DNA of 64,000 bases from the human T2T-CHM13v2.0 reference genome, Homo sapiens, in NCBI RefSeq assembly GCF_009914755.1, contig NC_060940.1. One strand, given 5' to 3'. Numbering within the stretch: position 1 is the stretch's first letter; each line of letters opens with the position of its first letter. The notes under the pieces are model-generated. The model was given only the letters and a program-made list of their open reading frames with translations. It searched no databases and was not told the DNA's origin. This document shows positions 41,072 to 55,509 of the stretch, one piece after another. Position numbers and translations under genes: made by a program.

Positions 41072-41400
41072 TATGGTGAGACCAGACATAGATCATGTGA
41101 GAGAAACTAGGAAGAGTTTTACAGTTTGGTTCTGCTCACAGTTCCCTGAAGAGAATGCAGCATACAATACAGTCACTCAAGACAAGAACCAGGTTGTTAC
41201 TTGGCAAGAGAGGGGAGGAGGGCTATGGACAAACACCTTCACTGTGGTTTCTTTGGAAATAAAAGAGTGAGACAAGAAAAGCAGAGGGGTTGGGTAACTT
41301 CAATACTTTCTGGAAAATAGGACTTGTCCTTGGTTGGCTGGTCCTGGCCCTGGGATGATTAAGGGGGGTGTAGAGCAGCTCAGAGTCTCAGGAAGGGGAT
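41072..41400. mobile_element. Old ERVL LTR (MER76/MER77/MER68-like)
   Basis: tatggtgagaccagac...ctcacagttccc...actgtggtttctttggaa. Confidence 0.5.
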
Positions 41401-41604
41401 CTGACCAGCTGGCTTCTAGCCAGCACATGATGTAGTCTATTGCTGACTCAAGACAGCACTCGCACACACATACACACATACCCCTAAATTATAGTTTCTG
41501 CATTTCCTCTTTCACCTCCAAGAAAAGCTGTCATTGGCCTTAGCAACATATGCTTCACAGATATAGAAATAATAATAATAGCAGAAAGTAATAAAAAATA
41601 TTAA

Positions 41605-41665
41605 GAGAGAGAAAGAAAAAAAGAAAAGAAAAGAAAGAGAGAGAAAGAGAGAGAAAGGGAGAAAG
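41605..41665. repeat. GA-rich low-complexity tract
   Basis: agagagagaaagaaaaaagaaaagaaaagaaagaga... Confidence 0.85.
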
Positions 41666-42243
41666 CTAATGACCTCATCTCCCCAATAAGTGCCCTTTTC
41701 TTGCCAGATCAATGTCTTTATCTAAAAGACAAATTCTTCTTTTAGATACAATTCCAATATTTATAAGTCTATCACCAATTTATTCTTTGGTGCCTGTGAA
41801 CAGAACCATTTTTTAAGTTATCTTTCATTGTAAAAGCAATAGAAAGGATGAGATAAGATTAGGAAAACCTAAGATAGGAACCCCAGACTGCTATTACTCT
41901 GTTCAACACTTTCCTTTCCTCTTCTGACATAAAATGGGTGTGGAAGAGCAGTAAATGTCTCTTTTTAAATAAATTAGGTAAAGGGAGTACAATGTTATTT
42001 AATGGACATAATACATAGTGGTTTTGTATTTCCATTTGTAGTGACATTGGAAAACCAAGTAGAAACAATTAGCAAACTGTGTGTAACCTATTTAAACATT
42101 CACTAAAATGAGGCTTGTAAATTTTAATAGCGAGGTTTTCAAGGTCTATCTTGGGTTATCTATTCTTACAGAGAAATGTCCTACTTATATTACCATATTT
42201 TTTTTTCCTATAAAGGTTAGCCTGGCAAAAGCAGAAAGGAGAA

Positions 42244-42248
42244 ACACA

Positions 42249-42295
<47 letters not shown>
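42244..42295. repeat. (CA)n microsatellite, about 22 perfect units
   Basis: Uninterrupted acacac run 42251-42295. Confidence 0.97.
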
Positions 42296-42298
<3 letters not shown>

Positions 42299-43639
42299 AC
42301 CTTTGATACTTGCCAGTGAAATATCTTGACTTGTCAACAGAGAGGTAGTTTTCCCCGATGGCAAAGACTTCATGACAATAAAGTTTGATGTTTAATTTAA
42401 CATCTTTTAAGTATTTTTCTTACAAATATTATGCTATTATAAAAACTGGTTTTTGATGAGATAATTGACTTGTGTCATTTCAGTTGCTTCCTAATGTTTG
42501 TTTACATATGTGATGTTTTAGAGATTTTTTGACTACATTGGAATTTTACATGCTATTTTGATACAGATTTCAGGTAAAGACTTCACATGAATAAATGCAA
42601 TCAAATTTTTCATGTGGTATTGAATCTCATGAAAGTACAATGGAAGGAGGACTGCCATGATGGGCACTCATGCTGAACTGCTAGCAGAAAACCTATAGTA
42701 GCCAAAAAGCCAACAGTCGTCAGGTGGATATATCTCAATTTAGCATGCTTTAAAGGGAACTTTCAATATCATACTGAAATTGTGAAAATGCACTTGTACA
42801 TTTTTTCTTTCCAAAGTATCAATCATCAAGCATTCATATGTGGCATTATAATTAAAACACAGTGTGGATTTGGAGAAAAAGAAGAAAATGTATGATATTT
42901 GGAGTTTATATTGTAAAGACTTGCAAAAATTTTTATTAAGACTTTAGTCATCCTTTCCACCTAAACTGACTGAGTTCCCACCACATATCATATACACTAT
43001 TAATGTGTTAGTTACAGGAGACAGAGAGATATAAAAGGCACAGTTACTTCTCCAATCAGGGCAGTCATTGTAGGACAAGTTGGCCATAGATTATGACAAC
43101 TTACAAGATGGAATTTGTTTTGGATTTGTTTTAGTTGTTTGTTTTTTCACAAGTGCCACAGTGTTGACTTATGGACTAAATTCAGGTGATAAGTTATTTA
43201 ATAATTTAATCTGAGACTTCAATTTACAGTAGTCTTTTGTCTTGAAAGTCTTGTTTACTTGAGGATGTAAGTAGCGTATATTAAGGTTGCACAATATTAA
43301 AAACATATAATGCTGGAATATAGTTTGCAAAATTGAGATAAGCAGAATATAAGGCAATGCAAAACATTTAACAATTTTGAAAACGGAGAAGCATTGAAAG
43401 TTTGGCAGGATAATGTCAGTATGGAATTAAATGGTCTTAATAATGACTATGCCATCTTTCCATGGAGTGGATGGGAGACTATGCCAGTTAACTCTTTACG
43501 CTCCTATCTATTACCTCTTCTTCTCTTGCTCTATTCTCTTATTCAGGGTGATGATATTTTCCAGATTCCCCTTTTCTCTGACTTCGACTTCTCTTCATTC
43601 CATAAGACACCTTCATATCACAAATATTATCTAAATCAG

Positions 43640-44110
43640 ATATAGGTGAGACTGAAGTACAAGTCTGCTCCATTTCTCCAGGCATGCAACATGAAGGAGG
43701 CTTCCTCTAGCTTTCTGCTTTGCAGTCTTTTTCAACAGCATCTGGTGAGGTTCATGGAAGAATCTGAGAGTGCATGTCAACTCCCCCGTTGTCTGTGACT
43801 CCCAGGGCTTTTGTACTCAGAGGTTATAACATACTCAGTATTGAAGAGTATTTTAAATATCTTAACTGAATTCTTTTCTAATTGTATGGCAGCAATTTGT
43901 CATCCCACAATTTTCCCCAAGTAATGGAATATTCATGTCTTTTCTCTCTTTGCAGGCAGTTTTCTTACCTTAAATTCCAGGCTAGTTGCTTTCACTGTGA
44001 TTTTGGCTCTTTGATTAGTTCAATAAAAGTTATGATTTTGTATATTATCCAACTTTTCTTTGTTAGAATGGACAAAATTCTGTGTCCCCTTTCTACTTCC
44101 TAAGAAAAAG
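43640..44110 (-). mobile_element. Ancient L1M 5' end fragment (L1MC/MD-type)
   Basis: gctctttgattagttcaataaaagttatgattttg...acttttctttgttagaatgg resembles old L1M 5' termini. Confidence 0.45.
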
Positions 44111-47100
44111 ACACAAGTCCTCAGAATACTTTCTATACCATAAGTTTACTCTGCCCTTACTTCTTCATATTGTTCTAGGAGTTTTAGTTTGTAAAAAAAG
44201 CAAAATTTCATTTTTATGCATGATCACATTATTGCCTCTCTTATCTTTTCCCTTTACAGTACTGAAAAATAAATACTTAGGAAACAATAATTCCAGTAAC
44301 TATTTTCCCCAAAATAAAGGAGAGCTATCACAAAGGTGTGGTTCTCAACTCTAGAAATCCCTAGCCTCATTCTCCTCTTCCATAATTTGAAGGCCAGTAT
44401 GTACTACTGCAATAAAGAGTCTTCAAATGTAGGTGCAGTGTATCAAAAACATCTAAAATTTCCTCAGATTTTCAGGTCTTGATATTGATCTGGACATTTA
44501 GAAAATTGTAGACTCTAGGCAGAATGGTGAGACCTTACCAACAGTTCTGCTTGTCTTTATTATTTTTAATCAGTGATATAGGATAACAAAGATGTTTCAT
44601 GGATTTTTATTCTACTAACATGATTCTGATTCTTGTTGATGATAAAAGGAATATTTACTTATGTTTCATCTTACTGCATTAGTCTTATCTTTCTCGGTGA
44701 ACAACAATGTCTTAAAAGTAATTCCTCCAAAAATTTTAACTCTAGTTTTTTTCTAAATGCCTACAGTTTCACTAGAAATATTATTCACCAACCCTACCAT
44801 CATCCCATTATATAAAAATATACACCTGCTAAATGATAGTGTTAAGACCTTTCTTAATACATTTGTGTCAGGGTCATTGGAGCTATGGTCTTTTGCTAAT
44901 ATTTAGAGGGGATTAATCATAATAATTATAGAGTACAAAGTGAATAGTGTTTTTATCTGATTTAATAATGGCAAAGTGAAAAGTTTTTCTGTCATTCTAA
45001 GTATTGTTTATTTTACATTAGGCAAAAATACCAACAAAAAAAGAGAAACAGCACTTATTAAGCATATACAGCATATCAGATGCTGTGAGATATGTTAAAT
45101 ACAGTATTTCTAATTTGCACTGTTGAATCAAAGGAGTTGACACTCAAGAAATTGAATCAATATCTTGAAATCAAAGCAAAATTTTAATTCGCATCTCTTG
45201 AATTACAAGTCATGCACCTTCTCTTGAACTCTTACAGATTACTTCCATATTGAAAATCATTTAAAAATCATAAGGTATGATTATTAAAGGTATAAATGAA
45301 AAAATAAATTGTGATGTAGAATGGAGGTGGGCCCCTGAAATTCTATATAACTTCTAAGTTTCGTCAGACCAGTTATTTGATGCAAACTTTCTTTATAACT
45401 GAAACTATAAAAGATCTATGTCAGAGAAAATAGAACATGTAGCTTAAGTGGGAGTATGAAGAAGCAGAGAGAAAGATAATCCCTGAAAGTAGTGTAATGG
45501 TAATATGAAAAACCAGGTTGCACGCATAAGCTCATTTCTGCCTGTAGGAACGGAAGAATACGTTATTAAAGCAAGTTAAAATTGTTTAGATTGGCTCCCA
45601 GTAAATAGTTTTTACTACAGTTGCATGATAACAATTTCAAGACATCCTTGACATTATATGCAGAGGAGGTGGCTAAACTTAGAAAAAATGAGTGGGAATC
45701 AGGAGTTAGGAAAGTAGGGTCACAATATATAAAAAGTAAATAATTAACAAAGGGATAGTGGATTCAATTCTTATCCAGACATAAAATTATGAACTGATGG
45801 TCTGCTGACCCAGAGAAGTGATATGAGTGGCTAAGAAGTAATGGCATGGTGGGGAGACATTCCAGTTGTAGGAGGGAGAGAAACTAGCCCATGACTTCAG
45901 TGTAGGAGAACAGTATCAAATGTAGAACCAGATAGAACTAGGATTCCTGTCACTGTTTACTCACATAAATTCAAGGCTCCCCAAAATAAACAACCAAAGT
46001 TGTTTCAGTAATAGCAAATGTAAATGCCATTAAATGAGTCTACTATTGCCAAATTTGGCTGTATTTTGCTAAGTCTGGGATTGCATTCAGTCCTTTTCAT
46101 GTTCCCTTTATGCTCATAAATACCCTTTGAAGTATAAATTATTATTCTCGTCTTATAAATGAACACACTTTCCCCAGAGCTATACAGACAATAATTGTCA
46201 GAAGCAAGATTCAAACCCACATCTTTGTGACTTTCCATCTCTTCCCTTGACTATTAATGCCAACTCCCTTTCTTACCAAATCTCTAATAAAGACAACAGA
46301 ACATTTTGTAGATATAAATTGAATTCAAATCCCAATATCTGCACAGGAATCAAGATCCTTAAAGCATAGGAGACATGGGCACAAGTTGTCAAGATGGAAA
46401 ATGTGGGAATGTTTAGGAAAATCAGCCATAATACTGTTTGAGGATATTTTTGTTATTATTATTACTAATATTTATCTTCTATCTACACATTGGGCCCAGG
46501 AAAAAGAGATTGGGAATATATGGGATTATTTTATATATGGATTGCAGGAAATCAATAAATCCTGAATACCTATGATAGTTCAAGTGCTGGAGTGTTTGCT
46601 TTGTAATTACATGTATTTAATCCACTGAGAATTATGAACTCTCATGCCATTTCATAGATGAGGAAACTAGGATTCAAAGACACTTAGTTCAAGGTCCCAC
46701 TTCTTCTTCAAGGAAAACTAGGACATTCTGTTTTCTAAGCCTAAGCTCTTTCTACAACTGGGGCTCATTAGCTAGGATAAGGACAAGGACAGCAGGGAGT
46801 TGTGCCGATGGCTGAATCATTGTACTGCCCCCCTGTTGCTAGTGTGACAGTCACTGGAAATTGTTTGTAGGCTTTGGAGGAGTGGAAAAAGGCCATGACA
46901 AGATAATTAGAACCTGTCTGATAAATGTTGATCCCAGAATTCTAAGAACCTAGCAATTCCAACCATCCACCTTGGCTCTTTGAATATATTTATGGCATTT
47001 TTGTTTTGGGAAGCACAATATAAACAGGTGAGGGCAATAATAATATAATTAAAAATAAATTGTCATTAAATCATCATCAGATGGGTCAGATACCCAATGA

Positions 47101-47261
47101 GAAGTTGGAAATAGATTGAGCTATACATAATTATCACCACAAATACATACAAAAACAGAATGCAAGATTTGAGTCTAAAAGGAGGGGATGAATTTTAAAA
47201 TATTTCAACAATGGAAAAGTTGGTCTGACTCTAAGATTTATAAAAATGTGAAGGAGGGTGA

Positions 47262-47780
47262 TATCAGAGGTGTCTGAACCAGAGCAACTCCATCTTGAAT
47301 AGGGGAAGGGTAAAATAAGGCTAAGACCAACTGGGCTGTACTCCCAGACAGGCATTCTAAGTCACAGGATGAAACGGGAGGTCAGCACAAGATACTGGTC
47401 ATAAAGGCCTTGTTGGTAAAACAGGTTTCAGTAAAGAAGCCAGCTAAAACCCAGCAAAACCAAGATGGTGACAAGAGTGACCTCTTGCCATCCTCAATGC
47501 TACACTCCCACCAGCGCCATGACAGTTTACAAATGCCATGGCAACATTGGAAGTTACCCTATATGGTCTAAAAAGGGGAGGCATAAATAATCTACCTCTT
47601 GTTTAGTATATAATCAAGAAAGAACCATAAAAACGGGCAACCCTATGGAGTAGCCATTCTTTATTCCTTTACTTTCTTAATAAACTTGCTTTCACTTTAT
47701 GGACTCGCCTCAAATTCTTTCTTGTGTGCGATCCAAGTACCCTCTCTTGGGGTCTGGACCTGGACCCCTTTCCAGTAACA
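47262..47780 (+). mobile_element. MER41A ERV1 solo LTR
   Basis: tcagaggtgtctgaaccagagcaactccatcttgaatagggg...ggacccctttccagtaaca. TSD-like gtga/gtta. Confidence 0.93.
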
Positions 47781-48207
47781 GTTATAGTCACATATGAGGA
47801 AGTGGACACCACCTGTTTGGGTCTTTCTGCCCTTTCTACATGGGAATATTGTAAATATCTTGTTTTCATGTCAGGTACACTACAAATGTAGAAGAAATTA
47901 TAAACTGTTTTTTTCTGTTATCTTTGAATAATAAAATTCTATAATTAACTCCTCTAGTTTTTAGTCCATGCCTACAATGAAACATTGTATTATGTTTTGG
48001 GCTACATATTAGTAAACTAACAGTAAAACATAAAGAAAGTACAGGTTATTTTAAGTGAACTTTTCAGAAAGCCAAAGTCACTGTTTGGTATTACATATAT
48101 AATAATCTCCAAGCTTTACAGTTACCATGAATCATGCAGTCACTGAGACTGCATTTCTGAAGTTCATCACCATGATGATGGTGAACTATAAGTATATGCT
48201 ATCCAGA

Positions 48208-48983
48208 TGAAATGGCCTTTGCAAAATTGTAAAAGTGAGAGAAAGCTAATACAGTTAAGCGCATCTTGTTTCTAACCTCATAAGCTTACTGCCTGTGTTC
48301 AGACCTGCATGTAGGTCAAGCTAACTATGGAAAGAATATATAGCTAAAGCAAGGATGATCGTCTTCTTGAAACTAACTCCCTCCTTGTTTTGGTAGGGAC
48401 CAAAACTACTTTTTGTAAGGCTAATAAAAGGCCACAAGGTTAGAATTATGATAGTGGCCTGAACTTTGTTAAATAGGCACATTGCTTGTTTAGCTTTCTT
48501 TCTATAGTCCTTACCACCGTGGAGTCATGTAACCAGATGTCCTAAGATTTGTAACTATACCAACTGCTCCTATAGATAATACCACTATTGTGAAACCTGA
48601 AGAACTGGTATTAAGATATTTTTTCAGATTTAGAATATTGGCAGACTAAGGGATGCCACCTGGATCTGTGACCCACACTAGGCTACTGACTCAACTGATC
48701 CTGTGACCCCAGGAACTGATTCAGCTGCAGGAAGACCATTTCAAGAACCCTGTGATTTCATCCCCAGCCAATCAATTGTCTCAGTACCCCCAGGCTCCTA
48801 TTAAAGCACCCTTAAAAACTCTAGCCTCTGAATTCTCAGGGAGGTAGGTTTGAGAAATACCTCCCATCTCTTCACATGCCTGGCCCTGTGATTATTAAAC
48901 TCTTTCTCTGCTGCAACTCCTGCTGCTCTTGGCGTATTGGCATTTCCAGGCAGTGGGCAAAAAGAATCTGTTAGAAAATTATA
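48208..48983 (+). mobile_element. LTR8-family ERV1 solo LTR, TSD CAGA
   Basis: tgaaatggcctttgcaaaatt...catcttgtttctaacctc...ggcagtgggcaaaaagaa. caga at 48204-48207 and 48984-48987. Confidence 0.85.
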
Positions 48984-49336
48984 CAGAGGACTCTTGCCTG
49001 GAAGCTATTAGAAGACTCCTGAGTGGGGCCTGGTCCACCATGTTGCAGCATTTCTTTTTTTTTTTTTATTCTCACAAAAACATGTAATACTGATAAATGT
49101 GCCTAATGTTCTTAACCCCAAGTTTTTGATATGCTTCATGTAACCTAGCCTTCACCTCTGCAATGAGGAAGAATAGTGTTTAGCATCGGTAACAATATCT
49201 TTAAAGTCTCTTTTACAAACCCAGGATATAAATGTGTCTAAATAAACTAGTGACAAACTTTTTTTTCTATTCTTTCATTTTTTCTCCATTTCTAGAGCAG
49301 TTGGACATTTTTTCCCCACAGGGATGTGACCCTGGT

Positions 49337-49364
49337 GGTAGGTAGGTAGGTAGGTAGGTAGGTA
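49337..49364. repeat. (GGTA)n tetranucleotide repeat
   Basis: ggtaggtaggtaggtaggtaggtaggta. Confidence 0.95.
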
Positions 49365-49408
49365 AAGCTAAAGAACCAGCCCTACAAGTTCTAAAGTTTC
49401 AAACTGTT

Positions 49409-49705
<297 letters not shown>

Positions 49706-50039
49706 TTAAGAACACTAACGAATTTCACATTTCCACATTTAGCAGAGAAAGCTTAGGATCCATGCTAGTATCTGGGTAGTTAGTATTCAGAATTATCTTG
49801 GATAGAGAACAGAGAGAAAATTAAATTATTAAACTTATCTCACTAATTAGTGTCTCGTAACCTGTGTCTTATTTGATCAAGATTATCAAAGCCCAAAGAG
49901 GACTTTGCAAGTAAAAAGGAGGTAACCTCAATTATGCAAGTTTTCCCTCGGTGTAACAGCCAATGTCCAAACAAGAAAAATTATACTACTCTGAATTTCT
50001 AAAACAGAGATAAATAATGGAGGAAAATATTTACTCCGT

Positions 50040-50784
50040 TGAAAGTACCTTCACAAAAATTATGACACTGTAAACAATTTGATATAGGAAAATTACGAAC
50101 ATGAAACAAATCTGACCTAATGGAGTCTATCTTGCTTCTAAACTCCAAGCTGCCCTTATTGATTCCTGAGCATAAGTCAAGCTAACTTTGGGAGGAATTT
50201 AGTTTATAGATTAACTTTAAAACAAAAATGATAACAGCCTTTTCCAGAAACAAGCCTCCTCCTTCTTTGAAGACCAACTAAACTGTCTTTGGAAAACAGC
50301 TAAGCCACTATATTAGAAACTATGGCACAGGAGTCATATAGCCAGAAACCACAATATTCCTAACCTTCCCAATTGCTCTTATAGATAACATCAGTATTGT
50401 CAAAGCTAAGTTTTATGTTTGAGATATTTTTCAGACTCTCCAATCTGATGGACCAGCTGACAGCACCCAGACCAATAAACTGGCTCAACTAGTTTTGTGA
50501 TTCCGCCCAGAAACTGAAAATACCAGGAAGACAGCTTCAGCTCCCTTCAACTAATCCCCAACCCAATCAATTAGTATTCCCCATTCCCTAGCCATTCACT
50601 CACTAAATTATTCTTAAAAATCTCTAGTCTCTAAATTTTACGGAGGCTAATTTGAGTAGTAAACTCCAGTATTCTGCTTAGCTGACTCTGTGTTTATTAA
50701 TCTCTTTCTCTATTGCAATACTGCTTTCTCAGTAAATTGGCTGTATCTGGGTAGTGGGCAAGAAGAACTCATTGGGTAATTATA
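50040..50784 (+). mobile_element. LTR8-family ERV1 solo LTR
   Basis: tgaaagtaccttcacaaaaattatgaca...gctaactttgggaggaatttagtttatag...gggtagtgggcaagaagaac. TSD-like ccgt/cagt. Confidence 0.87.
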
Positions 50785-51034
50785 CAGTTGATGAAACTTA
50801 CAAAGCCAAATTGGAGACGATCGGTGTGTAAGATTCTAGCAACAGAAGGCAGCTTCTATTATTCCAAGATTAAAAGAAAATAAAAAGAAGTGTATTAGCA
50901 CACCAGTGGAAAATGACCAGGTGGGTCATTCAGTGGGAATGAGAGCCATGGAGAAAATGTGCTACTGCTACAGAAGCTTGTTGATGAAGACAAGAGAGAT
51001 AAAGACCCTGGCTTTTTATTTTCTAAATTTCTAA

Positions 51035-51290
51035 ATTTTAAATAGATGTTTTATTTATGAATAAATTTATATTTACAGAAAAGTTTAAAGATAGTATGAA
51101 TGGATCCCACCTAATCTTCACCCAGTTTCCCCTGATGCTAACAAATATGGTACATTAGTATTAACTCATCTTCAGACTTTATTTTGATTTCACCAGTTTC
51201 CCACTAATGTTCTCTTACTGTTTCAGGATCCAGAGGAGGCTATCACAGTGCATATAGTCTTTATTTACTTTTGTTTTCACTTCTCCTGAT
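51035..51290 (-). mobile_element. L1MC 3' fragment
   Basis: tttacagaaaagttt...cttcacccagtttcccctgatgctaac...tgtttcaggatcc. Confidence 0.7.
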
Positions 51291-52819
51291 TGAGATTTCC
51301 AGTGATTGAAACCAGGCAGAGACCAGCTGATGGAAGAGTTTGGAAATTGGAAAATGAAGCCTGTAGAGATAAATTCACCTATAATGAAGAGGAGAGGACG
51401 GGACATAACTCTAAGGATAAACAGGCATAAGATTACTACATCAAGTTACACTCTTTCATTTTTTGAAGTTTTAGATAGACCATACTTACACCACTAAAGC
51501 CACACCTGCATTATTAATCATCAGTACAACAGCCTTGAAAGTTAGGTGTCACTGTACTCAGGTCACAGAACCACTAATAAATACAAAATAAAACAGTCAG
51601 AATTTAACCACAAGTTTATTTGGCACTTCCCAGTTGTTATGTTGAAGTTCTGAAATTAGTATAATTGTTCCTTCACACTATAACCAGACATCAAATTTCA
51701 TAGGCCGTACTAAATATATTATTGTTCTATTACTATAATTACATTTAGATAAATTCCTGCAATTCTCAGATACCTAGTTCATTCACCTACAAAATGAGAG
51801 GAACTTCCTGTGACCTTAAAGTTCTTACTTCAAACAGAGATAAAGCCTGTCCAAATTATGTTTATCTTTCAACAGCGTCCAAAGTTCAACTAGGAGTTGA
51901 CGTTTTCACCATCTGTCCTGCTGGGTGAAGTGATTATATACCATGCTCATACAGATAGTCTTGAATGGCTCACCTTGGTCATTCAAGATGTATATATCAA
52001 AAGTGAATTTGACCCTTTTGCAAAAGAAGAAGCAAAAATGTAAACATGTTATGGGATCATGAAGCTTAATTTATTTGTTAACTTACCCAAAATGTGCTAG
52101 CATCACATTGATTCTCTGCATTCAAATAATCATCTACTGGATCAAAGCCATCAGGACAGCAGTAATGGAAAAAGGCAGAGATAAGTAGAAGGGACTGCTT
52201 TGTCTGTGGTTAACCACATACTGTATTTTTGCTGTTCTGTATCCATTTTTGTTGAATCCAATAAAGTTTTCATTTTTAGTGCCCAAGCCTTGAAATTGTT
52301 ATGTTTGTTGCAAGCAAACCACAAAGCACTGAAATCAATTCCCATAGCTTGAGAGACATGACATTTTTATGTATAGACTTTTCAAATGTTTAATGGGCCA
52401 AGGTGGTGACTTAAAATCTCATCTTCATTACATCTCCCCCAACCCTTTCTTGTAATCATCATGTAAAATAGACAAAAACCAATGAGGAAAATATAGTAAT
52501 GAATAACAACGCTACATTGAATGGGTTCCAGGTCAACCTCCAGGACTGCTGGTAAAGTTTTCAAATCCCATACAAGTCATTAGAGGTGTCACTGAGTGTC
52601 AAGGGTCACAGGTCCTAGAATACATTAGTTGCCTACTTCCTTCCACTTTCTCATAACATTCCAATTTAGTCCAGATATTTTTCCCTCCCAAGCAGTTCAG
52701 CCTTTCTTTAAAGCGGTTCAACCTTATTATTTGAAGTCAATTATGATATTCTTACATGCTCTGACAGTGACTGGTTTAGTCACATACATGGACACAATTT
52801 TCCCCAATGAGAAAACATG

Positions 52820-53125
52820 ACAGAGACTCTGGAAAAAGGGATTTTACTCAGTACAAAGCTGCTTTTCTTCCACTTGGATTTGTCAGATCTGGATATGACA
52901 ACTATGATTGCTGCATCCCTCTTGAAATCATGAAGGCAGCCCGCCAAAGATCAACACAGAATGGCAGATGAGAAAAATGTGAAGACTGTATCTGCAATGA
53001 TGCTTTCAGTATCTTAATTCACAAGATGTAAGAGAGCCCTAGAGTTGGATGAATGTGAACATAAATATTTTTGATCTTTATGTTTCATAGACTTTGAATT
53101 TCTGGTTGGTTGTGGTTGGTACTTT
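52820..53125 (+). mobile_element. Old MLT1 LTR fragment
   Basis: ctggaaaaaggg...tgctgcatccctcttgaaatcatgaaggcagcc...aatggcaga. Confidence 0.5.
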
Positions 53126-55185
53126 ATTGCATAATGCAAAGAAAGGCATCTAATACAGTGTCTGACACATAGTAAGCTTTTAATAAGTCTTGGTGCTCTT
53201 CCCTGTTTTCCTTACTGGACACCAGGCTACTCCAGGCCAGGTCATATCATTACTGGACCTTACAAGAGTAATCAAAATTGTGTGTTTGAATAAATGTCCG
53301 GGAATTTGGATTGCAGAGATATAAGAAATGAAATATATATTCGAAGGGAGCTTTACTTCTTTCTGCCAGGGAAAGAGGAACTCATTTCTAGAAGTTTCTC
53401 TTCATTAACTGTGAGGCTTCAACATCAACACAGAATGTAAGAAAAGGAGAGGAAACAAAGCAAATCACACAAAACTTCCAAAGAAGGCAATGAAAAAGAG
53501 AAAGGACACACTGCCTCAATAAGAATGACAATTACAGGAAATTTATTATGTGCAATTACCTGTTCCCTGCTTACAGACACTAGTCTGAGAGCATCTCCAT
53601 TTATTCCCACTTACTAATGTCAGAACTGTAATTTTCACTTGTCCTCTTCCCTTCCTTCATGAATGACCTCTTTTGCCTGACTGTTGACTTCCCTCTCCCT
53701 GTTGTTCCACTAATGGCATTCTATAGAATATCTTGACAGAGATGTTTGGCATGACTGGAAGGCTAGTAGAGTAGACTCACTGTGATTTCCAATCTCTCTT
53801 AGGAGCAATTTGCTCCTCAACCTTCCATGGACATGACCAGCCCAGGTCAGTACTTATTGCCTTGCTCTAAGTGGAGACACAGTTCTGTTTTCTGGTCTAG
53901 TGTCATTATTGGAATTGGATGTCTAATCCAGAGGATGGACCGCTGTTATTTGTCATAAACAAAGACCCTCTTGTTTGAGAGACTCAATTTTGTTGATGAT
54001 TTACTGCACTGACTTTGAATACCAAATTTCTAGCTATGTTCCAAAGTACTAGTATAGTTTGTGAAAAGACATGTCACAATGGTGGCCAAACAGGGGCACA
54101 ATGAACAGAATTTGCCTGTTTCCAAAGCAACAAGGAGTGTTGTTACTTCTTTTAGCCCTTTGTGTGTAATTACATGCACAAATAGTTTAACTGACCCATT
54201 CTCCATTTTTGAAGGTTGATGAATTTAACTGATTAGATTCTAGAATAGTAAAAATGGCTTTGGAAGAAATGTTAAGTAATGACATGGGACTGGCAAAACA
54301 TTTTGTTAGGCCACTTTTCCTAATATTTTCTGTTGGAGGTGTTTGGTGATTTTAATATAAGTTCTCAGAAGAAATATCTTGCTGTGTATGCCCTCCCTCC
54401 TGTGTTTGACTATCTCTGTCTTCATTTTAAAATTGGATGCAATGTTTATGTCTTACCTGGAGAAAATTTTCTGGGAGATTGTTTCAACCTCTGCACACAA
54501 CTGAGGAATTTAGAAATATAGGTATCTGTGGCTGTAGCTCAGAACGTTTTCTGGGGAAACCTGAAAGTAAGAGATTTTAATATCTGTAGTCAGACAAATT
54601 TAGGTAAAAAATCTGGATCAGATTTTTTAATAATCTACAAAATTCAGATTATTCGCTGAATAAACTTAAGCAAGAGTCACAATTTCAAATACCCCTGTCC
54701 CTGTATTCTAGGTTACAAATCTAACTATCCTAAAGTTTATTATTAGAAGTAAATTGCTTAATCAGACTCTGGCACTCATGATAGTGGACATTCAAAATAT
54801 GTTACATATAAAAGACCCTTAAGTTAAAGTCGAAAAAGTTCTGGGAAAGCTTTCCAAGTAATTTATATTTTTCTTGGAAGGAATCAGTGGGGAAAAGGTA
54901 TATACAGAGGATACCTTTCTAAACTATAAGCTATAAGAAAAATAATTATTAAAAATTATAAAAGTACACTTATAATTATCTCCTAATCTACTGAGTATTA
55001 ATATATGGAAGAGCCACCTCTTTGGATAAAATGAGTTTGAAAGCAGGAGGACTAACAATTTTTACGCTGAGGTTCTGGGTATCATCTAGGTGTATTGCAT
55101 GCACAATTGTGTGAGCCTTTTTAGATAATATAGCATGTACATGTTGTTAAATGTTATATGTACAATGAGTACTATTTTTGCATAA

Positions 55186-55508
<323 letters not shown>

Positions 55509-55509
55509 A

